Shown here piece by piece: positions 43,763 to 53,690 of a DNA stretch of 64,000 bases. The notes below the pieces were generated by a model. That model searched no databases. It saw nothing but the letters and a program-made list of their open reading frames with translations, and was not told the DNA's origin. The number at the start of each line of letters is the position of its first letter. Positions within the stretch are counted from its first letter, which is position 1. The translations under genes were made by a program, and so were the position numbers. Source of the stretch: an uncultured Alphaproteobacteria bacterium. GTDB taxonomy: Bacteria > Pseudomonadota > Alphaproteobacteria > Rs-D84. Where the stretch lies: the NCBI GenBank assembly GCA_944392775.1, contig CALXXV010000011.1, forward strand, positions 8,315 through 72,314. The letters are read 5' to 3'.

Positions 43763-44848
43763 TTAATCCCCAAACACTGTATTTAATTGAGTGTTGACTC
43801 TATAAAAAGTTGTGCATTTGGAGACATCTTTTAATCTGCGTGCCCCGATGTATGTCATATAAGAACGAAGCCCACCAAGAATATCTTGATTCATTTTGTC
43901 TATCGAACCTTTTAACGGAACTTCAACAACGCGTCCTTCGCTGGCACGATATTTAGGCATGCCGTGATAATGTTTGTTTTGCGCGTATTCGGACGACATT
44001 CCATAGAATATCTTAAATTTTTTCGTTTCTAATATAAGTTTTCCGGTTTCTGGGTCTATTTGATTTGTCTGAAAAGTTTTTTCAATTATATCGCCCGCGG
44101 CTTCTTCGCATCCTGCGTAAAATCCTCCCATCATAACAAAATCAGCACCGGCACCGAATGCTTTGCATATATCACCAATATATACTACACCGCCATCACT
44201 GCAAATTGCGCCACCAATTCCGTGCGCGGTATCTGCGCATTCAAAGATGGTTGATAATTGTGGACGACCGACACCAGTAATTCTGCGAGTAATGCAAGCA
44301 CTGCCACTGCCAATTCCGCATTTTACTATATCTGCACCAGAAAGAATCAGGTCTTCTACAAGTTCCGCAGTAACCGCGTTACCGACCATTAATAAAATAT
44401 CTGGGAATTTATTGCGCATTTTAACGACTAACTCTTTTACGCGTGGAACATAGGCATTTGGAACATCAATACAAATATTTCTGCATTTGTCAGGATATTC
44501 TGTAAGTATTTTTTCTATTTTTTCATAGTCTTCATCACGTAGTCCCATAGAAAGAAATACATAATCATGACAGTCGTTTTCTGTTATAAATTTAATTAGT
44601 TCTTCAACAGGGTAGTGTTTATGTAGACAGCAGAACATTTTATTTTGCATCATGTGTTTTGCGATTTCGAATGTTCCGACTGTCGCCATGTTAGATGCGA
44701 TAAGTCCGGTCCCCGAAATTTTACGTGGGCACCATTTAAATTTGTATTCACGAATAATATCGACTTCTGAACGAGAGTTAATAAAAGAACGCTTTGGTTT
44801 AACCAAGACATCTTTAAAGTCTAATTCTGTTTGTTCGTATATCTTCAT
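43763..44848 (-). CDS. guaC: GMP reductase (IMPDH/GMPR family)
   Basis: N-terminal LDFKDVLVKPKRS, catalytic-loop CGIGSGSACITR and a TIM-barrel GGI-like segment. Confidence 0.85.
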   Translation of the reverse strand: MKIYEQTELDFKDVLVKPKRSFINSRSEVDIIREYKFKWCPRKISGTGLIASNMATVGTFEIAKHMMQNKMFCCLHKHYPVEELIKFITENDCHDYVFLSMGLRDEDYEKIEKILTEYPDKCRNICIDVPNAYVPRVKELVVKMRNKFPDILLMVGNAVTAELVEDLILSGADIVKCGIGSGSACITRRITGVGRPQLSTIFECADTAHGIGGAICSDGGVVYIGDICKAFGAGADFVMMGGFYAGCEEAAGDIIEKTFQTNQIDPETGKLILETKKFKIFYGMSSEYAQNKHYHGMPKYRASEGRVVEVPLKGSIDKMNQDILGGLRSYMTYIGARRLKDVSKCTTFYRVNTQLNTVFGD

Positions 44849-44933
44849 TTTTTATCCTTAACCCTTTACAACAAATTTTAGAACTAAAAAGACGGTCGTT
44901 CAACAAATAAAAAAAAACGGCATTTGCCGGTTT

Positions 44934-45263
44934 TTAATGGTGTGCGATTATATGCAAAACTATGCTTATAATAAATATTACAGTTATTATTCCCAGAATA
45001 ATTTTTTGCGTTTTATGTCCGCCATTTTCATGGCAGTGTTCGCATTCACATTTACAATCTTTTAGAACTAGATACCAAGAGAAGATTAACATACACGCAG
45101 AAAATATGAATAACCAAGGTTCAAACCAGTGGGGAATAAATTCTGCGTGTGCAAATTCCGGTGCGAAAAGTGATAATATGGATAATACTATTGGCAATAC
45201 GCAGCAGAAAAGGTGCGGCAGTATGCTTGCGATGATTCCTATTTTTATTGCTTTGTTTTTCAT
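44934..45263 (-). CDS. Small Cys/His-rich integral membrane protein (MerC-like CC motif; possible metal binding/transport)
   Basis: Three to four TMs. HLFCCVLP in TM1. Loop CKCECEHCHENGGH. C-terminal AHH. Confidence 0.45.
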   Translation of the reverse strand: MKNKAIKIGIIASILPHLFCCVLPIVLSILSLFAPEFAHAEFIPHWFEPWLFIFSACMLIFSWYLVLKDCKCECEHCHENGGHKTQKIILGIITVIFIISIVLHIIAHH

Positions 45264-45282
45264 GAAGAAATCTTTTATTTTT

Positions 45283-45358
45283 TGGTATCCCCAACAGGAA
45301 TCGAACCTGTATCAAAGGTTTAGGAAACCTCTATTCTATCCAGTTGAACTATGGGGAC
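45283..45358 (-). tRNA. trnR: tRNA-Arg (anticodon CCT), CCA end encoded
   Basis: Manual cloverleaf on the minus strand: acceptor GTCCCCA/TGGGGAT, anticodon loop TTCCTAA, T-arm ACAGG-TTCGATT-CCTGT, 76 nt. Confidence 0.93.
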
Positions 45359-45443
45359 AGTGATTTATATTTTATCCATAGATTTTAATATTGCAAGTTG
45401 TAATCTCGACTTGTATAATAGCCCAGATAAAAAAGGAAGGTTT

Positions 45444-46382
45444 ATGGGAAGCAGACTTATCGGGTACGGGTCTTATTTACCTGAAAGGGTTATGACCAAT
45501 CAAGATTTTGAAAAAATAATGGACACTTCTGACGAGTGGATTGTTCAGCGTACAGGTATGCGCGAACGTCATTTTGCGCGTGATGATGAAACGGTTGCGG
45601 ATATGGCGACAATTGCAGCGCAAAGGGCGTTAGATAATGCGGGGCTTACAATAAATGATATTGATTTGATAATAGTCGCGACCACTACACCAGAATTGGA
45701 TTTTCCTTCTGTTGGTGTACAGGTTTGTGGGTGTTTGGGTGCGACTAATAATGCGCCAGCATTTGATGTTCGTGGGGCGTGTACGGGATATATTTATGCT
45801 TTGCATTGTGCGCGTGCCTTTTTTGCTGCGGGCATTCATCATCGTATAATGGTTATCGGGGCAGAAAAGATGACTCGTTTTATAGATTGGGAGGACAGAA
45901 GCACAGCAGTGTTATTTGGCGATGGTGCGGGGGCATTAATATTTGAGCATTCTACGTCAAGTTATTCTGGTATAATAGATACTGTTGTTATGTCAGATGG
46001 TAAAGAATTTGATATGTTGCATGGTTCACCGGACCATCATATTATAATGAATGGGCCAGAAACTTATAAGAAAGCCGTTACATTAATGCCAGAAGCGGCA
46101 AATTATATAATGGAACATGCGGGTATTACCGCAGATAATGTTGATTGGATCGTTCCGCATCAGGCTAATTTGCGCATCATTCAAAGCGGTGCGGAAAGAT
46201 TGGGGTTCCCGTTAGAAAAGATTTTAGTGACAGTTGATAAACATGCAAATACAAGCGGGGCTTCTGGTGTATTAGCTTTATCGTATGCCTTTGATAACGG
46301 GTTAATAAAGAAAGGACAATTGATTTTGTATCCTGCATTCGGCAGTGGTTTAACTTGGGGTGCGGCTTTAATAAGGGTGTAA
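45444..46382 (+). CDS. fabH: 3-oxoacyl-ACP synthase III
   Basis: AAGGAAGG Shine-Dalgarno plus ATG at 45444. Motifs GACTGYIYAL (active-site Cys), VPHQANLRI and AFGSGLTWGAA. Confidence 0.93.
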   Translation: MGSRLIGYGSYLPERVMTNQDFEKIMDTSDEWIVQRTGMRERHFARDDETVADMATIAAQRALDNAGLTINDIDLIIVATTTPELDFPSVGVQVCGCLGATNNAPAFDVRGACTGYIYALHCARAFFAAGIHHRIMVIGAEKMTRFIDWEDRSTAVLFGDGAGALIFEHSTSSYSGIIDTVVMSDGKEFDMLHGSPDHHIIMNGPETYKKAVTLMPEAANYIMEHAGITADNVDWIVPHQANLRIIQSGAERLGFPLEKILVTVDKHANTSGASGVLALSYAFDNGLIKKGQLILYPAFGSGLTWGAALIRV

Positions 46383-46385
46383 AAA

Positions 46386-46673
46386 ATGGCGACAATAACA
46401 AGAAGTGATTTTGCAAATAGATTGCGTGAACGTTTTGGTTTAACGACCGCAGATGCTTATAAATTGGTTGATATCGTTTTTGACGAGATTCGTGAATCTT
46501 TAATTAATGGAGAAGAAGTCAAATTTGCTGGTTTTGGAAGTTTTAAGATTTTAACAAAACCGCAACGTATGGGACGAAATCCGAAAACTGGAGAACCAGC
46601 AATTATAACAGCACGAAAGGTTGCGTCTTTTAGACCAAGTAGCGAGTTTAGAAAGCGGGTTGCAGAACAATAA
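46386..46673 (+). CDS. ihfA: Integration host factor alpha subunit (HU/IHF family)
   Basis: GFGSFKILTKPQRMGRNPKTGE arm motif. Conserved alphaproteobacterial position after fabH. Confidence 0.85.
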   Translation: MATITRSDFANRLRERFGLTTADAYKLVDIVFDEIRESLINGEEVKFAGFGSFKILTKPQRMGRNPKTGEPAIITARKVASFRPSSEFRKRVAEQ

Positions 46674-46678
46674 AAAAA

Positions 46679-46702
46679 CGCCGGTAAATACCGGTGTTTT
46701 AT
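46679..46702 (+). terminator. Rho-independent terminator after ihfA
   Basis: ACGCCGGT-AAAT-ACCGGTGT followed by TTTTA. Confidence 0.7.
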
Positions 46703-46741
46703 TGTTTGTATAATTTGTTATGGTATTTTTTTTGTGAAAAT

Positions 46742-46768
46742 AAAAAGCCGGCATTTGCCGGCTTTTTT
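46742..46768. terminator. Bidirectional terminator (M13 peptidase gene)
   Basis: A5-GCCGGC-ATTT-GCCGGC-T6. Confidence 0.7.
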
Positions 46769-48761
46769 ACCATAAAGTTATACGATTTTCTGGTGCTACA
46801 TATAATTTATCGTCTGGTTGTATATCAAATGCTTCATACCAAGCATTTATATGTGGTAATATTCCATTAACGCGCCATTTACCCAAGGAATGTTCGTCCA
46901 TTTTTGTCAGGCGCAGTGCTTCTTCGTCGCGCATATTTTGTGCCCAAGCACCAGCATATGCAATAAAGAATCTTTGGTCTGCGCTAAGCCCTTTTACTTC
47001 ATTTGTTTGTAAACCAAAGTTTTTATATGCAGTAAAAGATATTGTAACACCACCATAGTCCGCCAAATTTTCGCCCAGTGTGAATTCGCCATTTGCATGT
47101 ACGTCTGGGGCAATTTCTATCTTGTTGAAAAATTCTTTCAATACATTTGCACGAACTTCAAAGCCGCGTGCGTCATCTGCGGTCCACCAGTCTTTTAAAT
47201 TTCCTTCTTTATCAAATTGACGACCAGAATCATCGAAACCATGTGTCATTTCGTGTCCGATTACGCTTCCGATTGCGCCATAGTTAAATGCATCGTCTGC
47301 GGACATATCAAAGAAAGGTGGTTGCAGAATTCCGGCAGGAAAGCAAATCTCATTTGTAGATGGGTCATAATAAGCATTTATTTCGTGTGCATTCATATAC
47401 CAGATTGTTGGATCTTTCTTTTTACCGATTTTCTCCAACCAAAAGGCATCTTCGAACTTAGAAACATTTACCATATTGTCCCACAGTGATTTATCTGCGC
47501 TTATTTCTAGTTTAGAATAATCGCGCCATTTATCTGGGTAACCGATTTTTGCTTTAAAAGTACTAAGTTTTTCTAATGCTTTTTCTTTTGTTTCTTTTGA
47601 CATCCAGTCAAGGTTTTCAATTCTGATTGCGTATGCACGTTGCAAATTTTTAACTAATTGTTGCATGCGTTCTTTTGCATCCGCAGAAAAATATTTATCA
47701 ACATAAAGGTGACCTATTTCTTCGCCCAATGAAGAATCAAGCAGCCCAACTGCACGTTTCCAACGTGGTTTAGGTTCTTTTTGACCTGCCATTGTACGAT
47801 TATAAAAATCAAAAGATATATCATAAGAAGTGTTGTCCAACAAAGTATCAGCACTGCTTATAATACGATATTTTAAATAAGTTTTGATTAGTTCTAAATC
47901 TGTATCATTTATTATTGCAATTGATTCAGCAATCGCTTCTGGTTGATTTATATTTATATATTCTGCTGCGCTGGCACCACGTGCTTGTAGGTATTTGTCC
48001 CAGTCAAAATTTTTAAAGTTTTCTTTTACTTCTGCAACAGACATTTTGTGATAGTTTGCATGTGGGTCGCGCAGTTTTTCTTTTGGATAGAAAGATTTCG
48101 CCATGCGTTCTTCCAGTGCATATAGTTTTTCTACATCGACAGGGATACCAAAATTCAGCATTTGTTTTGCAATAAATTCTTTATACTTTTTTCTAATTTC
48201 TACTGTTTTGTCATCTGTGTCGAAATAATAGTCACGAGAAAGACCAAGGCCACCTTGTCCTATATTGTATAAATAGTATTCGCTGTCTTTTTCGTCTAGT
48301 GCAACACCGTCTCCCCAGAATGCGGAAGAAAAAGTATGCATTTTACCTAAATATTCGGGTATTTGTTCGATAGATTTTATTTTATCTATCTCTGCAAGAT
48401 AAGGTTGAACGGGTGTTGTTTTATCTGCATTAAGTTTTTCTTCGTTCATAACTATTTTATATAACGTTCCTATTTTACCGTTATCCGTTTCTGCAATTTC
48501 ACGAACGCGTTTCAGGTTTGTTTCGTTTAGAATTTCAAATGCGCCATACCTTGTGTAATCGTCTGGAATAGGGTTCGCTTTGCGCCAACCAAGTGTCGCA
48601 TAATCAAAAAAGTTATCACCAGGTTTTACTGATAAGTCCATGTTTTCTAGTTTTATTCCGGCATTCATAGTTTTCTCCTTTTGCGTGATAACGAAATAAG
48701 CGATTGTTACAGCGATTGCTACTGCAATTATCCCGATTATGTTTAATAGTTTGTTTTGCAT
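46767..48761 (-). CDS. pepO: M13-family zinc metalloendopeptidase (PepO/neprilysin-like), membrane-anchored
   Basis: N-terminal TM, VIGHEMTHGFD (HExxH) and ENLADYGG motifs. Confidence 0.9.
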   Translation of the reverse strand: MQNKLLNIIGIIAVAIAVTIAYFVITQKEKTMNAGIKLENMDLSVKPGDNFFDYATLGWRKANPIPDDYTRYGAFEILNETNLKRVREIAETDNGKIGTLYKIVMNEEKLNADKTTPVQPYLAEIDKIKSIEQIPEYLGKMHTFSSAFWGDGVALDEKDSEYYLYNIGQGGLGLSRDYYFDTDDKTVEIRKKYKEFIAKQMLNFGIPVDVEKLYALEERMAKSFYPKEKLRDPHANYHKMSVAEVKENFKNFDWDKYLQARGASAAEYININQPEAIAESIAIINDTDLELIKTYLKYRIISSADTLLDNTSYDISFDFYNRTMAGQKEPKPRWKRAVGLLDSSLGEEIGHLYVDKYFSADAKERMQQLVKNLQRAYAIRIENLDWMSKETKEKALEKLSTFKAKIGYPDKWRDYSKLEISADKSLWDNMVNVSKFEDAFWLEKIGKKKDPTIWYMNAHEINAYYDPSTNEICFPAGILQPPFFDMSADDAFNYGAIGSVIGHEMTHGFDDSGRQFDKEGNLKDWWTADDARGFEVRANVLKEFFNKIEIAPDVHANGEFTLGENLADYGGVTISFTAYKNFGLQTNEVKGLSADQRFFIAYAGAWAQNMRDEEALRLTKMDEHSLGKWRVNGILPHINAWYEAFDIQPDDKLYVAPENRITLW

Positions 48762-48765
48762 TTTT

Positions 48766-49824
48766 TTACCTCGTCAAGTTTATCAACAAATCGTCCAAAA
48801 TCAACATGCCTTTTTCTGTAGCAGTAAGTCTATTTTCAGAAGTTAGTTTTAATAATTTTTGGTTATCGTTCACGAAATCAAAGTTTATAATTTTTTCTAT
48901 GTCAGAATCAAGTTTTATACCACGAACTTGACGAAGCCCAGTGATTAATTTTTCTATTGCGCGTGTTCGACCAGAAATTTTTTCGAATTTTTGTTGGTTG
49001 CCCATCTGTTCGTACCAAACATCATCTATTAAAATTCTGCCTGCTGCACCTTGGCCTATACCTATATAAGGTTCGCCGTCCCAAACATTTTGATTATGGC
49101 GACATTCTTGACCTGGGGCGGCATAATTAGAAACCTCATAACGCGGCAGATTAAGATTTTCAGAAATTGCCATATACATTTCTGCCATTTCTTCGTTGCT
49201 GGGCATTTGTAAATTCATTTTGCTAAACGGTGTGTCAGGTTCGATAGTTAATTCGTACATAGAACAATGTGATAAGCCCAAACTGTTAATATCTTTGCAG
49301 ATGTTTATAATGTCTTGATTGCTTTCATGCGGCAGTCCATAAATGAAATCTGCGGAAACGCGTAGACTTAAATTTTGGGCGTTATTTAATAAGTTTATTG
49401 CTTGCTTTGCATTATGAATTCTGCCTAAAAATTTTAGTTTGTCATCACTTAGAGATTGTATGCCTATTGATAATCTATTAGCGCCTGCTTTTACAAAGTC
49501 GGATAATTTATTTTTATCTAGTGTTCCTGGATTAGATTCCAATGTAATTTCGCATTTTGCATCCAAAAAGAAACAAGATTTGATCGTATTGATTATATTT
49601 TCAAAGGTTTTTATTGGCATCAATGAGGGCGTACCGCCACCAAAGAATATAGTAGGAATAGAAATTTTGCCAAGTTTTTGTGCCCAGTAGGCGATTTCAT
49701 TTATAATTTTTTCTTCATATTTATTCCAGTCCGGTGTAGTACAAGCATGCGAAAAAAAGGCGCAATAATTGCACTTAGACAAACAAAAGGGCACATGAAT
49801 ATATATATTGTGAGGCTTTATCAT
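48766..49824 (-). CDS. hemW: Radical SAM HemN-like protein (heme chaperone HemW type)
   Basis: Motifs HVPFCLSKCNYCAF (CxxxCxxC) and FFGGGTPS. 352 aa. Confidence 0.85.
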   Translation of the reverse strand: MIKPHNIYIHVPFCLSKCNYCAFFSHACTTPDWNKYEEKIINEIAYWAQKLGKISIPTIFFGGGTPSLMPIKTFENIINTIKSCFFLDAKCEITLESNPGTLDKNKLSDFVKAGANRLSIGIQSLSDDKLKFLGRIHNAKQAINLLNNAQNLSLRVSADFIYGLPHESNQDIINICKDINSLGLSHCSMYELTIEPDTPFSKMNLQMPSNEEMAEMYMAISENLNLPRYEVSNYAAPGQECRHNQNVWDGEPYIGIGQGAAGRILIDDVWYEQMGNQQKFEKISGRTRAIEKLITGLRQVRGIKLDSDIEKIINFDFVNDNQKLLKLTSENRLTATEKGMLILDDLLINLTR

Positions 49825-49915
49825 TGATTATATTTTATATAAAAAATAGCTAAAATCCAGCATATGATTATATAAAAAAGAAAAATACTTTTTATGCTTT
49901 TTTTTTTATGATATA

Positions 49916-51418
49916 ATGCATATAATAATTGCAGGAATGAGAGTTCGTTTAGTTTCGTTTATTAGTGTTTCTTTATTATCGTTCGCGGCGTACGCGTCAA
50001 ACGAAGGTGTGCCTTCATACTATCAAAATAATACTACTACCACAGTAAATCAGGCTGCTTATGGTCAGTATCAGGAGCAAGGTTATACGAGGTATGTCGG
50101 GCAGTCCGGAAGTAAACAAGTTGTTGGTAGTCGTTCGTATTCGTATCAAGTTCCTAGGCAAACGCTTCCGCAGATAACAGGAAGCATGACAACAAATGGT
50201 ATTGCAGTACCAGTTGCGGAAGAAGCAGCTACGACAGTATATGCAAAATATGCAAGAAAATTTGCGGATTTTGAGTTTGAAACCGGTGTAAACTCCATTT
50301 TGGAATGGGATGACATGGTTTATAATGAAATTGGTGTTGGGGTACAGCACAATTTTTCTTTGCGTAATTTTGATATGTTTGCTTATGGTGAATATAGTAT
50401 GGGCTTTATGTCGCATGGCGGTTTATCTATGGATTATGATTTAAAGCCATATTACGAATCAGATCCTAGTTACGGGATATTTACGATATCTGTAGGCGAT
50501 CAGACAGGAAAGACAAATCATTTTAAATTAGGTATCGGTGCACACCATGTTTGGGATATAGGAGGTTGGAAATTATCGCCTTCTTTCGGTTATGAAATTT
50601 TTAATCATAATTTGGAAATGTCAGATCATTTGTATCCGAACCCGGGGATATTTTTGCCTTTGATGACAAATAAAGGTGATTATGTTTATGGTGACGTGTA
50701 CGGTAATTATTTTTCGTTGCCTATAAATGTTGAAGCACCGGAAGATTGGTATCAAGTTTGTATGTCGCCAGAAGATATAAAATTAGTTCAGGCTCCTGCA
50801 GGTGGTGCGTTGGTAAATTTGGGCACAGAATTAACTATGGGTGACTATAATTCTGATATGGGAACTGTTCCTTGGGGGGTGGATTCTGGTGAATGTGTCA
50901 TAATTGGTGGAGATGGTCCGATATTAGTTGATGGAACAACACATATTTATAATACTACGTGGAGTGGTTTTTATGTCGGTTTAGAAATAGAAAAGCAGAT
51001 GACTTTGGTAGATAAGTTACGCTTTTATGTTCAGTTTGGGCTGCCTAAATATTCTTCAGAAGGTATATGGCCGAATAGAACTGATTGGCAGCAGAACCCA
51101 AGTTTTATAGATGAAGGCAGTAATGATGCGTATTCTTATTCTGCGGAAATGGAATATAATTATAAATTATCAGATCGTATGCAGTTATCTATAATGGTTG
51201 ATACAGATTATTTTTATGTCGGTAAAATAGGTGGCGAATTATATTTATCAGAATATACACAATATGTGCTTGATGAAAATGGAATGTATGTTTTAGATGA
51301 TAATGGTTTGCCGATTTTGGAAACGGTTCCGGCAAGTACTCAGTATATAAGCGATCAATTAAAACATGCTGCTTGGCAATCGTTTGGTTTGCATGTGGGT
51401 ATAAAATACGCATTTTAA
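49916..51418 (+). CDS. Putative outer-membrane beta-barrel protein, family unknown
   Basis: Signal peptide (SFAAYA), alternating-pattern beta strands and a C-terminal aromatic (IKYAF). The start is ambiguous (49916 or 49937). Confidence 0.5.
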   Translation: MHIIIAGMRVRLVSFISVSLLSFAAYASNEGVPSYYQNNTTTTVNQAAYGQYQEQGYTRYVGQSGSKQVVGSRSYSYQVPRQTLPQITGSMTTNGIAVPVAEEAATTVYAKYARKFADFEFETGVNSILEWDDMVYNEIGVGVQHNFSLRNFDMFAYGEYSMGFMSHGGLSMDYDLKPYYESDPSYGIFTISVGDQTGKTNHFKLGIGAHHVWDIGGWKLSPSFGYEIFNHNLEMSDHLYPNPGIFLPLMTNKGDYVYGDVYGNYFSLPINVEAPEDWYQVCMSPEDIKLVQAPAGGALVNLGTELTMGDYNSDMGTVPWGVDSGECVIIGGDGPILVDGTTHIYNTTWSGFYVGLEIEKQMTLVDKLRFYVQFGLPKYSSEGIWPNRTDWQQNPSFIDEGSNDAYSYSAEMEYNYKLSDRMQLSIMVDTDYFYVGKIGGELYLSEYTQYVLDENGMYVLDDNGLPILETVPASTQYISDQLKHAAWQSFGLHVGIKYAF

Positions 51419-51422
51419 AGGT

Positions 51423-52511
51423 ATGCTTATGAATAATAGAAATATTATTTCACGCCTTTTCGGTGTTGTGCTTTTATCTTTGCTTCCTTTAAATGTCTAT
51501 GCAGAAAGGGGCTTATTCGATATTGATCGCTGGGAAGCAACAATTGACAGCGTTCGGGTTAACGCAAAAAAGCAGGGAATATCGAATGAAACTATAAAGT
51601 CCACTTTACAGTCTCCTGCTTTTATACCGTCAATTGTTAAAAGCGATAGAAATCAATCAGAATTTAAACTAACTTTAGATAATTATTTAAAACGAACTGT
51701 TAATTCTAAGCGTATTTCTGAAGGTAAGCAAAAATATAAAGAATATCCGACTTTATTATCTAGGGTAGAACAAAAATATGGTATACAACCACATGTGATT
51801 TTAGCTTTTTGGGGATTGGAATCGAATTACGGTTCTTATAAAGCAGCGCACAAATTGACTGACGCTTTTTTAACGCTTATGTATGAAGGACGCAGAGAGG
51901 CTTTCTTTGAAAAGCAGTTATTAGCTCTTATGAAAATGGCTGATGATAATAATTTAGACATAAATGAAATATATGGTAGTTGGGCGGGGGCGATGGGGCA
52001 TTTTCAATTTATTCCCACAACACTTGTTCAATATGGTTCTGATGGAAATGGTGATGGTAGGATAGATATAATTCATAGTGTTAGTGATGCTATGTTTAGT
52101 GCGGGTAATTATTTAAATAAATTGGGTTGGAATCCGAACGAAAGAATTGTACGTAAAGTAGTTTTACCTGCGGATTTTGATATTTCTTTATTAGACGGGA
52201 AAACAAAAAAGTCTTTATATGAATGGGCAATGATGGGTGTTATAAATCCAGATGGTACATCTATTCCAATTGCAGATATGACCGCTGGGTTGGTAGCGGA
52301 CATAAATGTTGTGATTGAAAGAAGGGCAGAGGCTGCTGCAGCTGCATCTGTAAATGCAGTAAATCCAAATGCAATAGATACAGATATTGCACCCCAACCT
52401 GTAATAGAGGCGTATTTGACTTATCCTAATTTTTATCGTATTAAACGTTGGAATAGCTCTAATTGGTATGCAATAGCAATAGCCACATTGGCAGAACAAC
52501 TAAAACAATGA
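51423..52511 (+). CDS. Lytic murein transglycosylase (MltB-type)
   Basis: Signal peptide. Motifs WGLESNYG (catalytic Glu) and GAMGHFQFIPTT. Confidence 0.85.
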   Translation: MLMNNRNIISRLFGVVLLSLLPLNVYAERGLFDIDRWEATIDSVRVNAKKQGISNETIKSTLQSPAFIPSIVKSDRNQSEFKLTLDNYLKRTVNSKRISEGKQKYKEYPTLLSRVEQKYGIQPHVILAFWGLESNYGSYKAAHKLTDAFLTLMYEGRREAFFEKQLLALMKMADDNNLDINEIYGSWAGAMGHFQFIPTTLVQYGSDGNGDGRIDIIHSVSDAMFSAGNYLNKLGWNPNERIVRKVVLPADFDISLLDGKTKKSLYEWAMMGVINPDGTSIPIADMTAGLVADINVVIERRAEAAAAASVNAVNPNAIDTDIAPQPVIEAYLTYPNFYRIKRWNSSNWYAIAIATLAEQLKQ

Positions 52512-52526
52512 TATAAGATTTTTTTA

Positions 52527-53690
52527 TTACATCGTTTTGGTTGTTTGTTTTATTAAATTAAATATGTCCTTAGATATTTTTTCGCAGGAAAATCTTTTTA
52601 AGCCGGATGTTGCATTTTGTATTAATTTTTCTCGTGGAATTTTTTCGTGCCAAACAAGACGCATCATGTTACTAAGTTCTTTTGTATCGCCCGGTTTAAA
52701 TAATAAACCCGCTTTCCCGTTCATTAATATTTCTGCTGGGCCGTTTTTACAATTAGATGCTAAATTTAATGTTCCACAAGCACAACTTTCCAGTATTACC
52801 ATTCCCATTCCTTCGTCATAACTTGATAATATATGAGCCAAAGATCCTTTCATATAACCAAAAGGAATATTTAATGCGCCTGTAAAAATAATTTGGTTTT
52901 TAGCTTCCATAGAAGTTGAAACTTGTTTTAGTTCTTTATATTGTTTTCCATCTCCAATTAAAACTAGTTTTACGTCAGGTTTGTTTTCTGTTATCCAGAA
53001 ATCATTAAATGCTTTTATAATCGTTATGATATCTTTATCATAATCTAATCTTGATACTGCACAGAAATATTTGTCTTTAATATTTTGGTTTTGTTCAGAA
53101 AGTTTTTTTATATTATCAGAATTTAGAGGATTATAAATTTGTACAATTTTTTGTGAAAATTCTGGATTTTGTTTTTTGAAATCTTTCATAAAGCTTTTTG
53201 TTAGACAGACAACTTTGTCATAATAAGGTAATCTTTTTTTGAAGTTATTTTCGTTAAAAAAATTTATTGAACCATGCACCCAAGTAATTTTCGGTTTTTG
53301 TATAAGTTTTAAAATTTTATAAAAAGAAAAATTTTTGTAATCTATTATCAGATCGCAGTCAGAAAATAGACCTTTGTTTATAGCAGATCGATTTTTGATT
53401 TTTTTGTATAAGCTGTATATTATTTTTCTGATATTAGATAAAGGGAAAAACGGCATAAATCGTTTTAAGTTTTCAAAAGCGTTACCCAATGGATATAAGA
53501 TAACTACTTCTATATTTTCATTCCTTTTAAACCATTCTTGATATAAAGGTTCTGATAATTTTGTTTGCATTATTACTTTTATTTTGACATTTTCTTGTGA
53601 AGAAATGTCTGTTAGCGTTTGAACGAAAACATTCTCTACGCCACCTAAAATCATATTAGGAATACAGAACGCTATTTTTATTTGTGGCAT
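52527..53690 (-). CDS. Glycosyltransferase family 4 (GT-B)
   Basis: EGMGMVILESCACGT (Ex7E). AGGAG Shine-Dalgarno ahead of the ATG at 53690. Confidence 0.8.
   Translation of the reverse strand: MPQIKIAFCIPNMILGGVENVFVQTLTDISSQENVKIKVIMQTKLSEPLYQEWFKRNENIEVVILYPLGNAFENLKRFMPFFPLSNIRKIIYSLYKKIKNRSAINKGLFSDCDLIIDYKNFSFYKILKLIQKPKITWVHGSINFFNENNFKKRLPYYDKVVCLTKSFMKDFKKQNPEFSQKIVQIYNPLNSDNIKKLSEQNQNIKDKYFCAVSRLDYDKDIITIIKAFNDFWITENKPDVKLVLIGDGKQYKELKQVSTSMEAKNQIIFTGALNIPFGYMKGSLAHILSSYDEGMGMVILESCACGTLNLASNCKNGPAEILMNGKAGLLFKPGDTKELSNMMRLVWHEKIPREKLIQNATSGLKRFSCEKISKDIFNLIKQTTKTM

Noticed and set aside
44917-44931. Near-identical hairpin core CGGCATTTGCCGG at 44918-44930 and 46748-46760, which could have been island att repeats
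   Set aside because: Both are palindromic terminator stems flanked by A/T runs at gene ends. Short GC palindromes converge easily. They do not resemble the tRNA-Arg 3' end.
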